NCBI GenBank assembly: GCA_965645245.1
Contig: OZ287082.1
Span: forward strand, 992,001 to 1,056,000
Origin: Massalongia carnosa
Taxonomy: Eukaryota
Reading direction: 5' to 3'
DNA length: 64,000 nucleotides
Below the pieces are notes generated by a model. It saw only the letters and a list, made by a program, of their open reading frames with translations. It made no database searches and was not told where the DNA came from. A program made the position numbers and the translations under genes. This document shows positions 11,683 to 24,513 of the stretch, piece after piece (position 1 is the first letter of the stretch; each line of letters starts with the position of its first letter).

Positions 11683-14287
11683 AGCGGTTGATATTTAGTT
11701 CTCAGTTCAAACAGTCTAAGATAAAAGCATGTTAGTATCATTTAGCAGGTTTCTTTACGTTCAAGTTTTCACCTTCCCCTTCCCCTTCCCCTTGAAGAAA
11801 GAACGTAGTTACCTTACAGATCTATCGCTGAGAAGGAGAATCGATAGAGAACAAAGTTATCAGAGATCTGACAAGTATTATGAAGGTTGTTAATAGCCTT
11901 GCAGAGATGTAAATTAATGCTGTGTTGAAACTCTTTTTAAAAAAAACCAAAGATAGGCCCCAAATACGACTTTGGGTCTACTCCCCAAATCGGCGCGGCA
12001 TCAGTCGTGAGTCGGTGAATAACTTCAAAATCTCGCCCCGTCATAATAGCATCATACTCAAAGAAATATACGATCTAAAACTTCCAAGCGTCCCCGCATC
12101 ACGAGGGTGATCATCTTTTCTCCTTAATCAAAAGACAATAGGCTCTTAGAGGCGGCTATCTTGTAAAGAAGCCGAACAGAGCTCCTAGCAGCCATTTCTT
12201 CAACTCTCTTTGAAAAGTCCTAATTATCTCTAGGGAGTTCATTTTAAAGCACTTATGCCGTGCATGACCTGTCTTAAGAGGTCGTAATAGATAATGTTTT
12301 GTTAGACGCAGATAGTTAGCAACATCACGTGCATATGAAAGCGATAATAAGCGATTTGCCGCGGTAACGACGAGAATACTGCGACATTTCGCAAAGGCTA
12401 TGCAGTATTCGAATGAATGCAACAGCTATCATAAATTCTCGTGGTCTCACGAGCTATAGCGTTAATTGGGGGTTTTCTGCGGTGAAATTCTTCCAATAAT
12501 CTACATTAATCATATCTTGTCAAGTTCTCCGCGCTTGCTCATCTTGTGTCTATTGGCTTTTCTTTAATTATAGGTATTATGCTAGTCCTAGTGTTCGAGA
12601 ACCTGATATACTATCCGCTATTGACTTTAGAAGACTTCATCTCGACCGCTCCTTTACTTATTAGACGCTCCGACGGGTTTACGGTAGTATTGAAACAACA
12701 ATAGGTGGAGCCTTCTTCCGAATAGCCATAAAACCGATGCAAGAATCCCATCGGATTCAGTTTCTCGTTTTGCTATGAAAAAGGAATGAGTCCCATTTAC
12801 ATTTTTTAAAAACTTGGTGCTTGAAAAGCCCTATAAAACAAGAACCTAAAGATAGGCCGCTTCAGCACGAACACTCCTTGAAAGCAGGTGACAAATAGCG
12901 GCGGCAACGGAATATAATTCTGAAATCTAAGGACTGAAGAAAAATCTTGAAAAAACAACCTTACGATATCAGCGTATATAGCTTGTTTTATTCTATTAAT
13001 ATTTAGAGGGTTCCTAGGAGGTGAATGAGAGCTTTCTTAAGGATTCCCCGGTCGGCTGGCTTTGAATCTACTAGCCTTATCTTCTGGGGTTATACGTTCA
13101 TGCCAGCGCGGTTCTTAGAAATGCTCGAAAGCTTTCGTATGGGTGTAGAGTCTAGCCATAAGAAAGGCTAGGATGCCACTTGTTCCAAGAGACTCTAAAT
13201 CTGAAATATCCTCATACTCTATCGTTCTGGCCGGAATCCATATGGTTAGATACAGCTGAATGACACATTTCTTTCTAGACAAGTCTAGGATTAGCGGCTA
13301 ACCGTGAAGGTGGCCATAGGGGAGGACTCAGGATATGTTTCTACCCCTTAACTGTTATATCTGTTTCATTCCCTGTTATATCGATGCCTGAAGCTCCTTA
13401 AGCATCCGGACTGCCGCGCAGGTGACTGATCTGAACGCTTTAGATATCTTGAAAGGCTGTTCCGGAATCAAAATTATAGTAAGCTACAAGCTATAGATTG
13501 CTATAATTCCTAGGATTATTCTGAGACCTTCAACAATTAAGATGGAGTAGTGCCTTGCAAATATGAGGGTTCAACTTGAACTCAAAGTCAGAAGCATCGT
13601 AGCTGCAGCCGCAAGCTGAATTTTTCCAATCCACGGTTGCAAGAGGTTGTTTTGTTATTGAAAAGACAACAACGCCAGCGTCTCAAAGCATGAAGAACCC
13701 ATTTAGTATGTCTGAGATGCAGCCTGAGACTTCATATGACGTGCAACAGTCACATAGTCAGCACTGAAGAATGTAAGCTTGAGTAGGTGGTTTACTACTT
13801 CTGTGCAAGTTGCTGGTGGGATTATGCTAAGTAGTAGTCAGACACTTTCGCAAAGAAATAAGAAATCCAAGTTTTAGGGACTAACCTCGTTTCGTTTGAT
13901 CTTCCTCCTAACAAGACTATGCTTGAGTAGACCTTCATCGAACGAATGTCACGTGAGAAAGAAGTCGTTAGGGCTACCATTATTGGAGAGAGGGGTTGAA
14001 GGATTACTATCTCTAACTCTATGGTCTATATTCAGCGCCATTTATAGGTCCTCGTTATAGGAGTTTGAAAAGCTGTTCTGTAACAGAATCATCGACTAAG
14101 GGACGATTGGCTCTTCAAATAATTGCAGCTCAAGAATCGTGCCTTATGAAAAGGTACAACGAAGATCTTGTAGCCTGCACACCTCAAATGTGCATCCGCC
14201 CTAGCTTCTTGGTTGGGGGCCGGGAACCCAAGAATTTTCTTAAATTTCCCTTATTGTTGTTCTTTGTAGCTAGGCGAATAGGCTTCA

Positions 14288-14410
14288 TGTTGGAATACTC
14301 GCTTAGCCCCATTAGTTAGTTCTAGCTCAGCCCTGCAGCCTGCCATGGCTGCTATAAGCAGTCACCTCCGTAGTAATTTCAACATTATGCCGTCAACTGT
14401 TTGTTTAACA
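14288..14410 (+). mobile_element. Solo LTR of the 3725-4592 family
   Basis: Reverse complement of the 119-bp LTR with a 4-bp duplication and a few substitutions. TG..CA ends, TSD CTTCA (14283-14287, 14411-14415). Confidence 0.93.
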
Positions 14411-16510
14411 CTTCATACACCGTTGATATCTATTAGCTACTAAAGAGATTTATAAATGCTATCCAATCACCCAAGTTTTCTTCAGATTAGACTTGTTTTC
14501 GCTGCTTGGAATCCTCAGAAATGTCTCCATACATCCTATGCTCGGCTACAGAGCTCCCGAACGTCCTTTGTGTCTTGATTCTATATCAGTTAATGAGCCA
14601 CACAATAACATCTTTAGCCTGTTCTCCCTCCAATGCGCCTAGCGCATAGTGAAAACAAAGATGGTGCCCACTCGCGTGCTCCCTCATACGGGAACCGACA
14701 GGTATCAGCATCGGAGATGAAATTATTCAATGAGGCCAAGTGGGCTATTGTTGTGGTTAAATCGCTGCAAGGACAGTGAAGCGAGGGGTGGATCAGGGTG
14801 CTAAAATATACCGTTGTCTTTGGGCTTGCATAACAAAATTTTCCATCCGTACCAGCTTGCCAAGCTTAGAAGCCTTGAAAACCGCCAAGAAATCTATTGA
14901 ACTCGAATTCTTCCACTGTAGCAAAAAAAGGTTTCGGGGCTTATCTTCCCTGTCCTCAGCTTCGGTCGGCAACTAGAAAAAGTTTTGGATTCCATCTTCT
15001 GGTAACATTGTCTCTGATGAAATAACATGGAGTATCCTGCCTCCCTATCCGGAACTTGAAGTGCATAGGAGCGATAACCCCCGTTTCAGGTTTCCAAATA
15101 TTCAGTCAAATTGACAGATTCTTGGAATTTTCTAGTTCCTGGCAAGGATTGACGAACCGCTATACAGGACTGACAGATAACCTTTTCCCCAGTTCTTTGA
15201 GGAGAGGCTTTCGGTTAAGGCATAGCAAGAGATATCTCGTGCCTCGAATATATCGCATTTTGTTCTCCGGCTCAATTCCAGAAACCGTGAACTTGGTTTC
15301 GATTTTAATCAAGCGTTAACGACTAAGTTTTCTTGGATTTCTGATGTTATAGTACAAGAGATAGTATGTATTCTCTTAAATTTTACTTGAGACGTCAGAT
15401 TCTGGCATGAAGTGACAAAATTACCAAATCTGTTTTCCATTTCAGCCGAGGCTGGGATTTTGAGCATTCAAAGTTCTTCGAGTGTGTTAAGTACCAGTGG
15501 TCTCGTCCTTTTTCTGTCAGAAAGGCATTGGCTTTGTGATCCATCTTCGCATTTCGAACCTTGATAAACCCCTTTCAAGGTAGATTTCCCCTTTCTACGT
15601 ATTTTCCTCGTTTGTCTCTTGATATACGCGCTCTCTCTAAAAATAAGCTCATCTTTCGGATAGAGCTATGTTTGCTGACCGCCAAGTTTCTAAGTTTGCA
15701 TTGCTTAACGTCCGCTAGCTGAAATCTTCGGCGTAAACCTCATGGTTCCGACCCGTTCCTTTCTCCGAACCTTATACTTGCTTTTAATAATTTTCTCATG
15801 CGTAACAGTGGTGAATGAGTCAGGAATATTTATCGGGAGCTTAGAACGTTTTGTCTGGTGCTAGCGCTATTTCATTGGAATCGCTGCTCCGGCTATCCAA
15901 CCCCCCCGGTAGTGAAAGACTTGAGTACCACCTATAATATTATATGCGGCCCAGAGTTGTGGTTCTGTTTGCGGAGCTATATCGACAGCGATTTGGTTCG
16001 GATAGCACTTCATTCAGATACCCCTAGCCTCGGCGAATTGATATTTTTAACATCCAAGATCTTAAAAACCTTGCATGAAGGTGGCGGGACAGCAAGATGC
16101 CTCTTATGCGGTGTTCAAGTTGAGCCCTTCTCTCTAAGCTTCGCAGATGGGCGGCAACGTACAAGGAATATTCATAGCCACATGAGAATTTTAGCTTCTA
16201 CTTCCAGAACAGCTAATCGAAATAAAGGAAGAGCCTATAGGTTTCAGTTTCAAATCAGTTAAAGCAAGTTTGACAGGAAAAGAACAGTTCTTCAACGCCT
16301 ATAGCCTGCCCCGGACTAGTTCCACGTCAGCACCTTGATCTCCTTGATGGGGAATGTAATGATGTTTACATCAGAAGCAGTTAGGGACCACCATATACAT
16401 ATCCACCTTTTTTTTTGAAATCGAGGGTTTGAAGCAGCGCAGCGCAGCGACCGCTCTGGCCGGCCTTCACTTTCTTTAAAATAGTAAGCATTAACGTTGT
16501 CTAACGATCT

Positions 16511-16660
16511 GTCCTCCTCCTTTTACACCATCGGTCCTCCTCCTTCTACACTATCGGTCCTCCTCCTTCTACACCTCGGTCCTCCACCTTCTACACCATC
16601 GGTCCTCCTCCTTTTACACCATCGGTCCTCCTCCTTCTATACCATCGGTCCTCCTCCTTC
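16511..16660 (+). repeat. Minisatellite, 23-bp unit (CCATCGGTCCTCCTCCTTCTACA), about 6.5 copies
   Basis: Direct tandem repeat visible in the sequence. Confidence 0.9.
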
Positions 16661-16787
16661 CCATCTCTTCGCATCAAAACCATGCTAATTTAACGCGTTC
16701 GCACGCGTCGCAGACGTACGTACGGAAGAGGATTCGAAGGCCAAACGCCGGGGGGTTCGCATGCGCGCGTCCCTGCACCATGCTTGT

Positions 16788-17525
16788 AAGGGTTCAAGTC
16801 CCTTCATGCAGTCATCAGCTGGAAGAAGATGTGGACCAAAGGAGCCGCATCACCCCTCATCCGGGCACGGTCGACACGCGTTCTAGCTCCTGAGAGTTCA
16901 AGTCTCCCATGCAGTCATCAGCTGGAATCAACAGAACACGTACAGGCACCGGGGCGAAGCCACCTCAAGAAAACTCCATCACGGAGCGGAATAAAAATAT
17001 CTCATTTAACAGGCCCGGCCTGTTAAAATAAAATCGAGGAAAACACAGAGTCACAAAACACATACTCACAAAACACATACTCACAAAACACATAGTCATA
17101 AATCACACAGTCACAAAGCACACATTTACAAAGCACAGTCACAAAGCACACAATCACAAAGCACATAGTCATAAAGCACACAGTCACAAAACACACAGTC
17201 ACAAATCAATAACACGTCCCTGTGAAGGGGGTTCTGCGGGGGCTCGTTAAGGCAGATCTGCATCTCGTTAATATCGGAGTACATATTTTTAGAGGTTCAA
17301 GTCCTTTCTAGCAGTCATCAGCTGAAAATATTGCATTTTGACATGGGCACGGTGTGGCTTTGACACGGGTAGACCTCGATGGATCACAAAACGAATGAAA
17401 AGAGTTCAGCGGAACTTCGTTAATATTGTTCTCGAAGATCTCGTTAATAAGATTTTCATAGACCTCGTTAACAACGTTCGATCATACTCTTAAAGGTTCA
17501 AGTCCTTTCATGCAGTCATCGGCTG
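16788..17525. repeat. Four dispersed copies of a stem-TTCAAGT-stem-CATGCAGTCATCAGCTG motif
   Basis: Copies at 16788-16821, 16892-16924, 17291-17324 and 17492-17525. Confidence 0.85.
17041..17210 (+). repeat. Minisatellite, ~16-bp unit (CACACAGTCACAAA..), about 10 degenerate copies
   Basis: Direct tandem repeat. Confidence 0.85.
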
Positions 17526-18838
17526 AGAGCTAGAGACGTACGACACGGGTCAGCTATGTCTATCACACTGGTCTCCTTCGTCTACAACACGGAGCCCTCC
17601 GGCTGAAAGAAATAAAACATATAGACACATAGTGTGGGGTCACACCCTGCACGATACAAGGGATTTGGGTTATGAAAACCATCCGATTAATGGCTAATGT
17701 GAGCAACACGACCCGAACCGGGGTCGCACCGGGGATGGTGGAGCAACCTAGTCATCAAATAGGACACCCTTGGGACAAGAAGAGGGCAATATACGAGGAA
17801 CCCGTTAATTGATAACAGTCTAGGCCCTGAGCTAATAGACGAATTTCAAACGAGCACCCCTCCGAGTTGTCCTCGACTCCTTTTGGTTAGTAGGGACGGA
17901 AAATCGTTACTATACTGCCTGGTCAGGAGCAAAGTGGCCGAAATCCCCGCGAGACATGGTCGGTTCATAAACGGGAGACCTTTATGAATAACGCGAAGTG
18001 GGCGTAAAAAACCCGTGAGGCGTGGTATGCAATGGCGGCCACCGTACGGAGACCGTCTGCATAGCCCGAGAGGACAGTATGCGCATGTCGGTGTATATAG
18101 AGCAGGGAATGTCTATCTCGCTCGTAACGAGACCCAGTCGGTTCGCCGGCGCATGGGCTACGGCTAGAATCGCCCTTGATATATGCTTAAGGAGTAAACT
18201 GGGTTTGACCTGGGCGAAAGGGACGTCGTTCACCCCAATCGTAGAATTCATCAATAGTCTTGGGCCGTAAAACGCACCAGTGAGATGAACGAAAACTGGG
18301 ATAGAGACTTCACGAAGGAGATGTCAATTCCATTTTATCATTCTTAGATCGAAAAGCGACCGGACGATTCGCGGTGAGAACTGGTATACCACAGGGCTCC
18401 CCTCTCTCATCCATCCTTTATCTATTCTATAATGCAGACCTATTGGAAATATGTGAGCGACCAGGCACAACACAAGTGCCATAGGATTTGTAGACGATGC
18501 CAACATTTTGGCATACGGAAAAAGCACCGAAGAGAATTGCAAGTCTCTGGAGTCAATACACAGACAATGCGAAAAGTGGGCTTCCCGACACGGATCTCTA
18601 TTCGCTCCGACGAAGTACGAACTCATTCACTTGTCTAGAAATCCCAAAAGATTCAATATGGCTGCATCTATCAACATTGCAAGCACCGAAATTGAACCAA
18701 AAACGGACATTAGAGTCTTAGGGTCTGTTCGATAACATTAAGACTGCTCCTTTTTGCACCCCTGAATAAGCTGGTGTCCGTGCGTTTATAGCGTCTTATT
18801 CGCGGCTACAATAAGAAGCTATTGACAAGTCTTACTTA

Positions 18839-19759
18839 ATGGAGGGGATCCTCTTTGAGACTCTTGTTGAGGAGGTGGGTAAGGGGTTGCGAGCCGACTC
18901 AGGATATAAAAGAGATGCCTGAACTGCTGTAGAAATGGCCATGAAAACTCGACTCAACATCATCGCATCAATTAATCAGTTGAAGAATAAGCATGATGCC
19001 TTCAAGATCAAGTACAAAACTTGGTATCATCTAGCCAACCAATCTGGTTTCGGTAGAGATCCACATAACAATGCTGTCACCGCACCCGACGAGGTATGGG
19101 ATCGATATCTAGACAAACATCCCAAGGCCAAGGAGTTTCGAACCTCTGCAAAACCAATTAGATATGAGGCTTTCTTGAACACGCTGTTCTTTGACGTTCT
19201 GGCTACTGGCGAGGAAGCTGTAGATGTAAATGATTTTGATGAAGGCGAAGATAAAGATATGTTGGATGAGGAGGAAGACGCCCTGGATCCAAGCCTTCGA
19301 TTAGCAGCTGTCGATAACTTGTATGATGAAGAACAGTCATTCTCACAGTCTTCCAACCCCATTTCTCAGTCGTTATCTGCCGCGTCGTCGGTACCCTCTC
19401 TCAGAAAACTTGCTGGAACCGCTTCTGCATCAGGCCCATCAGAAGGTCTCAAACGAATCAGAAAGACCGGCTCTGAGCATCTTACTGAGGCGATCACTTT
19501 TCTATCAACCTCGAACGAGCAGCAGACATCACAAGTATTGAAAGATAAGAATTTTGAGACCCCAATAGAGCGAGCTTTGGGCGTGTTCTTTCCAGCGTTT
19601 GAGGATCTGGATATGGAGGATCAGATTCGAATGACGGAGGTGTTTGAAGACGAGACGAAAGCTCGTATCTTTCTAAGTTTGACGAGTTCAACATTCAGAC
19701 GTCGATGGGTGGAAAGGCAGTTGGAAAAATTACAGGAAGAAATAAAGAAGAGTTCATAG
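18839..19759 (+). pseudogene. Harbinger Myb/SANT-like DNA-binding protein, one premature stop
   Basis: MEGILFETL..GLRADSGYKRDA*TA..QLKNK..SGFGRD..VTAPDEVWDRYL..HP. TGA at ~18920 sits where the family has Trp. Confidence 0.85.
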
Positions 19760-19868
19760 GATTTTATTTTAAGTAGTTGAATAACGTCTACATATGAAGC
19801 ACTTTCTCGACTCAATGCATCAAGTTATCACTGAAATCTGATCTATTCCATGGAGATTTCGCTCTAAT

Positions 19869-21030
19869 CTATATGTTGTCTATATTGATCCACATTTGAG
19901 TAGCAATATCCTCTCGTTTGGCGTTTATGAATTTACTATCTTTCTCAAGATGATTTGAACTTTCATCTTCTTCATCTTTATCTTCGACGTCGTTTGATGC
20001 TTCTTCAGACGTTATCTCGTTGTCTATGTCATCAGATATGCCATTATTATGATGATGAATGAAGTTATTCAACGCCGTCAACGCATATATCAGTCCTACT
20101 TGTGTGCGCATAGGATGCTCCGGAGCAGTTTGCAGTATTCGAAATCTTCGTTTTATGATGCCAAACAGTCGTTCAATGACATTTCTTAGCGATGAATGAC
20201 GAAGATTAAACAGCTCTTGCTTGGTCTGTGGTTTCGATGCATGCTGTGCCTGTTCTTTGAGATGATATCTGACGCCCCGATAGGGGACCAAAGTCTTGAG
20301 AGTGTTCGAGTATCCAGCGTCGGCGAGATAGTATTTGCCTGACGGGGCGATAAATCCTTTGTTGATGGCATCATTCAAGACTCTTCCATCATGAGCAGTT
20401 CCCTCCCATCCAGCAGGTATATAAACGAAATACATATCCATATCGCACGCAGCTAATACATTTTGAGATACAAAGCCATTGCGATTCCTCCAAGCGGCCT
20501 GTTTCGATAATGGAACAAAAGCTGATTTATGAGAACCATCCAACGCCCCAATACAATCCTTGAAGAAGGGATAATATTTTGGATTTCCAGCTATATGAGA
20601 CGACAATGAAGTATTCGACCGAGGCATCTTTACAGTATGTTTATGCAGCGTGATAAGTGCATACAAGACCTCTTTAAAGACTCTACTGACGGTATCGAGA
20701 CTGTGCCCGAACCATTCAGATATCAAACGATACGAAACACCTTGACCGACGTAGACGAGAAACATAGTTAACTTTTTAGTCGCATCAATCCATCTAGTAG
20801 ATACCAAATTGGTATTTTTTAATAATCAGTCCAATAGCGCATCAAAGATCTCGAGACACATTCGTAGCATGTTAAAAATGCGACGATGATGATCAGTAAG
20901 TAAACTCGTCGTATATTCTTTGCCTCTATTCGACTCATGCTGAGTAGTCAGAATTAGATTGGGAATAATTCTCATCAAGATTAAATTGATAACCGTCGCT
21001 GTTTGCGATCGTCGCTGCAAGTAGTGTTTC
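19869..21030 (-). pseudogene. Harbinger DDE transposase (HARBI1-like), in-frame stop near 20826
   Basis: DCIGALDGSH, GWEGTAHD, YYLADAGY, FNLRHSSLRNVIERLFGIIKRRF. Start position approximate. Confidence 0.9.
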
Positions 21031-21716
21031 ATATTTAAAAGACATACAATCGTCGAATACAAGGCAAATAGAACCCTCCTTAATAAAAAAAGGACCTCGC
21101 GACCACCTTTTTTTGGCCCCCTGCAACAATCCCTGCAGACCCTTTGCAATATACCAATTATAGAACTTGCCGCGAAGGAGACTCCTTAAAAATAAGGAGA
21201 AGGCCGAACCGAACGGAAGCCTTTTTCATTATAAGGAGGTTCCATATTTTCAAGAAGGAGGCTCCTTATTGACAATAAGGAGGTTACCGAACGGGGCCTT
21301 AGGCTTGCAAATTGACACCAAATTGAAATGGGGACCGCACGTTCGCAAAACGCAAAAGAAAATGGTTAAACAATCCATGGCATTGACAAAAATCTCCACA
21401 TCGACTTGGGGTGCCACCTTCACCAAAGCAAGGCAAGTTTACAGCGCCGTACTCGGGATGACTGGGATATGCAACAAACCTAGATATGCAACAGCACTAG
21501 TAGGGGTTTACCCGAAGTTTGACCGATAATCTTCTGATTAGCATTGCCAGTCTTCCTTATCGAATTTGGCTGCAGTATCTTCAGAGCACTAATAATTGCA
21601 AGCAACGGCCGAATTAATGGTTTAAACAACTGAAGCTATAGAAAGCTTTGGTGCTTAGGCCCCGCCCGCTAGGCCGGCTCAGTGCTATATTATACATGAT
21701 GTAGTATATAAAGCAG

Positions 21717-23660
21717 TCAATCTCGCCTTCTAGGAGGTCTCACTATCCTCCCAGAGGCCGTATATACAGGCAATACCGTCACAGCGTCATGTATTCCCTC
21801 ACTTCGGGCCTTGACTGACTTCCTGCCTCTTTTACCTCTCATCCCTTTATCCCTAACATCCTGTACCTCAGTCTGTATAGCGAACTCTGGATCCTCATTC
21901 TCTAAGCAAGGCTCAGGCGGAGCAAGCGTTGAAGGGTCTAAATCGATGGAAATTGGCTGGATAGCCTGTGCCTTCTTATTTGTCTTGTTTTTCAGACTTT
22001 GAGGTTTGGGCTCTGCAATGAGACTCCACACAGATTTCCAGGCCTCCCAGAACTCCTTCTCTTGTTTATCTGCACGCTTCTTCTGCTCCTCTGTGTGCTT
22101 CTTCATCTCCCGTTCTTCGAGGACGTCATGATTCATTATACGTCCTTTACCGAGCTGTTGATTTGAACGTTTGGCCTTCTCCTTTTTACACTGTTGATTC
22201 TCCAACAATTCAGTATTTGTAGTCTCTAGTAACACCTTCTCGACGTACGTTTTTGATCCAGCCTTGCCTAGCTTCATAATCTCTTGCTGGGTACCCTTCC
22301 CATCAATAGCTTTGTGGACGATTTCATCGAATTCAGCTGCATTTCTTGGAGTCTTGATAGGAGCGGATATAGTGACGCCATCCGACGATCGGAAGAATAC
22401 TTCTGGTGGCGTATACGGCCTTAGAGTAATAGTGTTTATCACATCTTTCGGCTGTGGCAATGTCTTAAAAAGACTCTCTGGATCCAGAGGAAATAGAAGT
22501 GCTTTCTGCCAAGCACTGAGAATAGTAGTGAGTTTGGCTGTCTCACTCCGAGCTCGTTGATATAAACCAATGAAATCGACCTTATCCACGTTAGCACTGC
22601 TATCCCACTTTATCAGACGCAGTAGCTTGGTCCGATAGAGACTCCCCAGTGGCTGAAAGAAACCCACATCTAACGGCTGGAGGACGTGAGTTGTGTGAGC
22701 TGGAAGGCAAGCAAGAATAATCTTCTCATTGATACAGAATTGGATAACTTCCGACGTAATATGAGAAGCATGCCCGTCGAGGATAAGCAAGCGATATTCG
22801 CCTTGTTGTCGCTTCTTCGAATATGGATCAAATACACGTTTAAACCATTCGAAAGCGAGTGTATTATTGGTCCAGCCCTTGTCACTGATAGCGATGTTAT
22901 TACCTCGCTCCAATTCATTCATCCAGGCCTTCCGTTGAGTCTTTGCTTTAAAGATGACGAAAGCAGGAAGAAGTGCTCCATCTGCAGAGATACATTCAAG
23001 AAGAGACACCCATTCCCGGCTCCCATTCTGACACATGTATGTATTGAGGTTTGCCTTTGAAACCACTACTTTCTGCTTGCCTGCTTGGCCTATTGCAAAG
23101 CCCTTCTCGTCCATATTATATACGTCTCTTTTTTCAATGTTGTATTGCTTCATTGTGTCCGAAAAGAGCTTAAACCAATGATTGATTGTTTCGTAATTGA
23201 CTGCATTGATGCGCTCTTTATCTAACGGAGTGCAAAAGCGAGATTTTAACGAATGATGTCGATTCAAGAACTTCTCCACCCAGTGACATCCCAATGGGGT
23301 ATGATTTGCTCTTTTTTTGAGAATCTCTTCTGCTTGTAACTTGATTCGATAAATCATTGGAGGGAAGCCCCATTTGGCCAATAATTCGATCCAGTTTACT
23401 AAGCATTCCTCCTCAATGAAAGTGAGGCGTTGTTGGGCTTGATGAGCTTTGTGATGAGGTAATGTTTCTCCTTTGTATCGTCGATATAATGTTGTATGGC
23501 AAACATTGTATTTGTTGGCATATTGGCGGAATGAAGGCTTCTCTTGCTTAGGCTTTATTTCAGGCTAGAGTTCATATTCATCCCACCGCTTGATAGCTTT
23601 GGCAAAGGAGATCAGAGCAAGCTCCATGCGCTCACGCCTTGGGATGACCTCTGTATCTGA
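21717..23660 (-). pseudogene. pogo/Fot1 transposase (CENP-B HTH + DDE_1)
   Basis: YNMDEKGF, GWT, LLILDGHASH, LPAHTTHVLQPLDVGFF. The frame extends upstream of 23381 through an HTH to an in-frame TAG near 23567. Confidence 0.9.
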
Positions 23661-24182
23661 TTCCTCTTCTAATGGGTCTTCCTCAACAGCTTGTATGAAA
23701 TATAAATTCACTTTGTAGGTATAGTAGCATGATTGTCATTGAAGGTGATTATCTATGTGGGCTATTTGTCTGCTTTATATAGCAGTCACAAAACAGTCAC
23801 ATCTAGGAGGTCAGACCTTGTCCCCCTGACGGTTAGACCTTGTCCTCCTGACGGTCAGACCTTGTCTCTCATCTCTGCTTGTTTAGGCACTTTGCAAGGC
23901 ACCTCCCGAGGCTCATGATGGATGCCCATGATGATGGTGACCTCATCATCTAACATCCAACAGCTTGCATGATATTTTGGTAACGGAGGGATGGCTAGGC
24001 CAGGCGCTGAGACCAATTATAGCTTCAATGGCCAGGGTTAAGGGTTGGAGAGTAGGTATAGGTCAATTGGCTGATTTGTAGAGACGCTACAGTATAAATT
24101 TTGGTAGGAATGCTTTAGCATCGGATAAACATCGGATATAAACCCCTACTAGTGCTGTTGCATATCTAGGTTTGTTGCATAT

Positions 24183-24513
24183 TGTTGCGAATGCCAAGCC
24201 AGCTAGATCATATCTGACGTAATATGCGAATGCCCTCGCGTATTTTACTATATGGGAATAGTTACATCTGAGAATTTCTGGTATCTTCGATGCTTAGAAA
24301 TTCAGGTCTATAGACGTTCGAGGAGAATCTCGAATGTTCTATGATCAACATGTATATAACATCACTCCTACGCATAGCTTAGAGATCAGTCGCAATAATC
24401 TGAATTATTTCATTCATAGAAGTTCTGTACTATCCAGAGACTTCTGGCACTCTGCCACCTATTTTCTGTGCATTGGGTCCATCATTCTCCATCCATCCCT
24501 CCTATTTTAAACA
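24183..24513. mobile_element. Solo LTR (331 bp) inserted in the pogo TIR
   Basis: TG..CA ends, TSD CATAT (24178-24182, 24514-24518). Removing it restores the TIR. Confidence 0.9.

Larger units (their letters stand above)
18721..21298. mobile_element. PIF/Harbinger DNA transposon
   Basis: Imperfect 16-bp TIRs (GGGTCTGTTCGATAAC / GTTACCGAACGGGGCC), TTA TSD (18718-18720, 21299-21301), two convergent ORFs. Confidence 0.93.

Noticed and set aside
15858..16262. Possible zinc-finger ORF (CLLCG...HSH)
   Set aside because: Non-ATG start, irregular spacing, lies in the degraded block.
16740..16830. tRNA gene
   Set aside because: Only a T-arm-like hairpin is present; no D arm or anticodon arm can be folded.
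16788..17525. Hammerhead ribozymes or C/D snoRNAs on the minus strand (CTGATGA)
   Set aside because: No GAAA closing a stem II, no consistent stems I/III, and no consistently placed D box.
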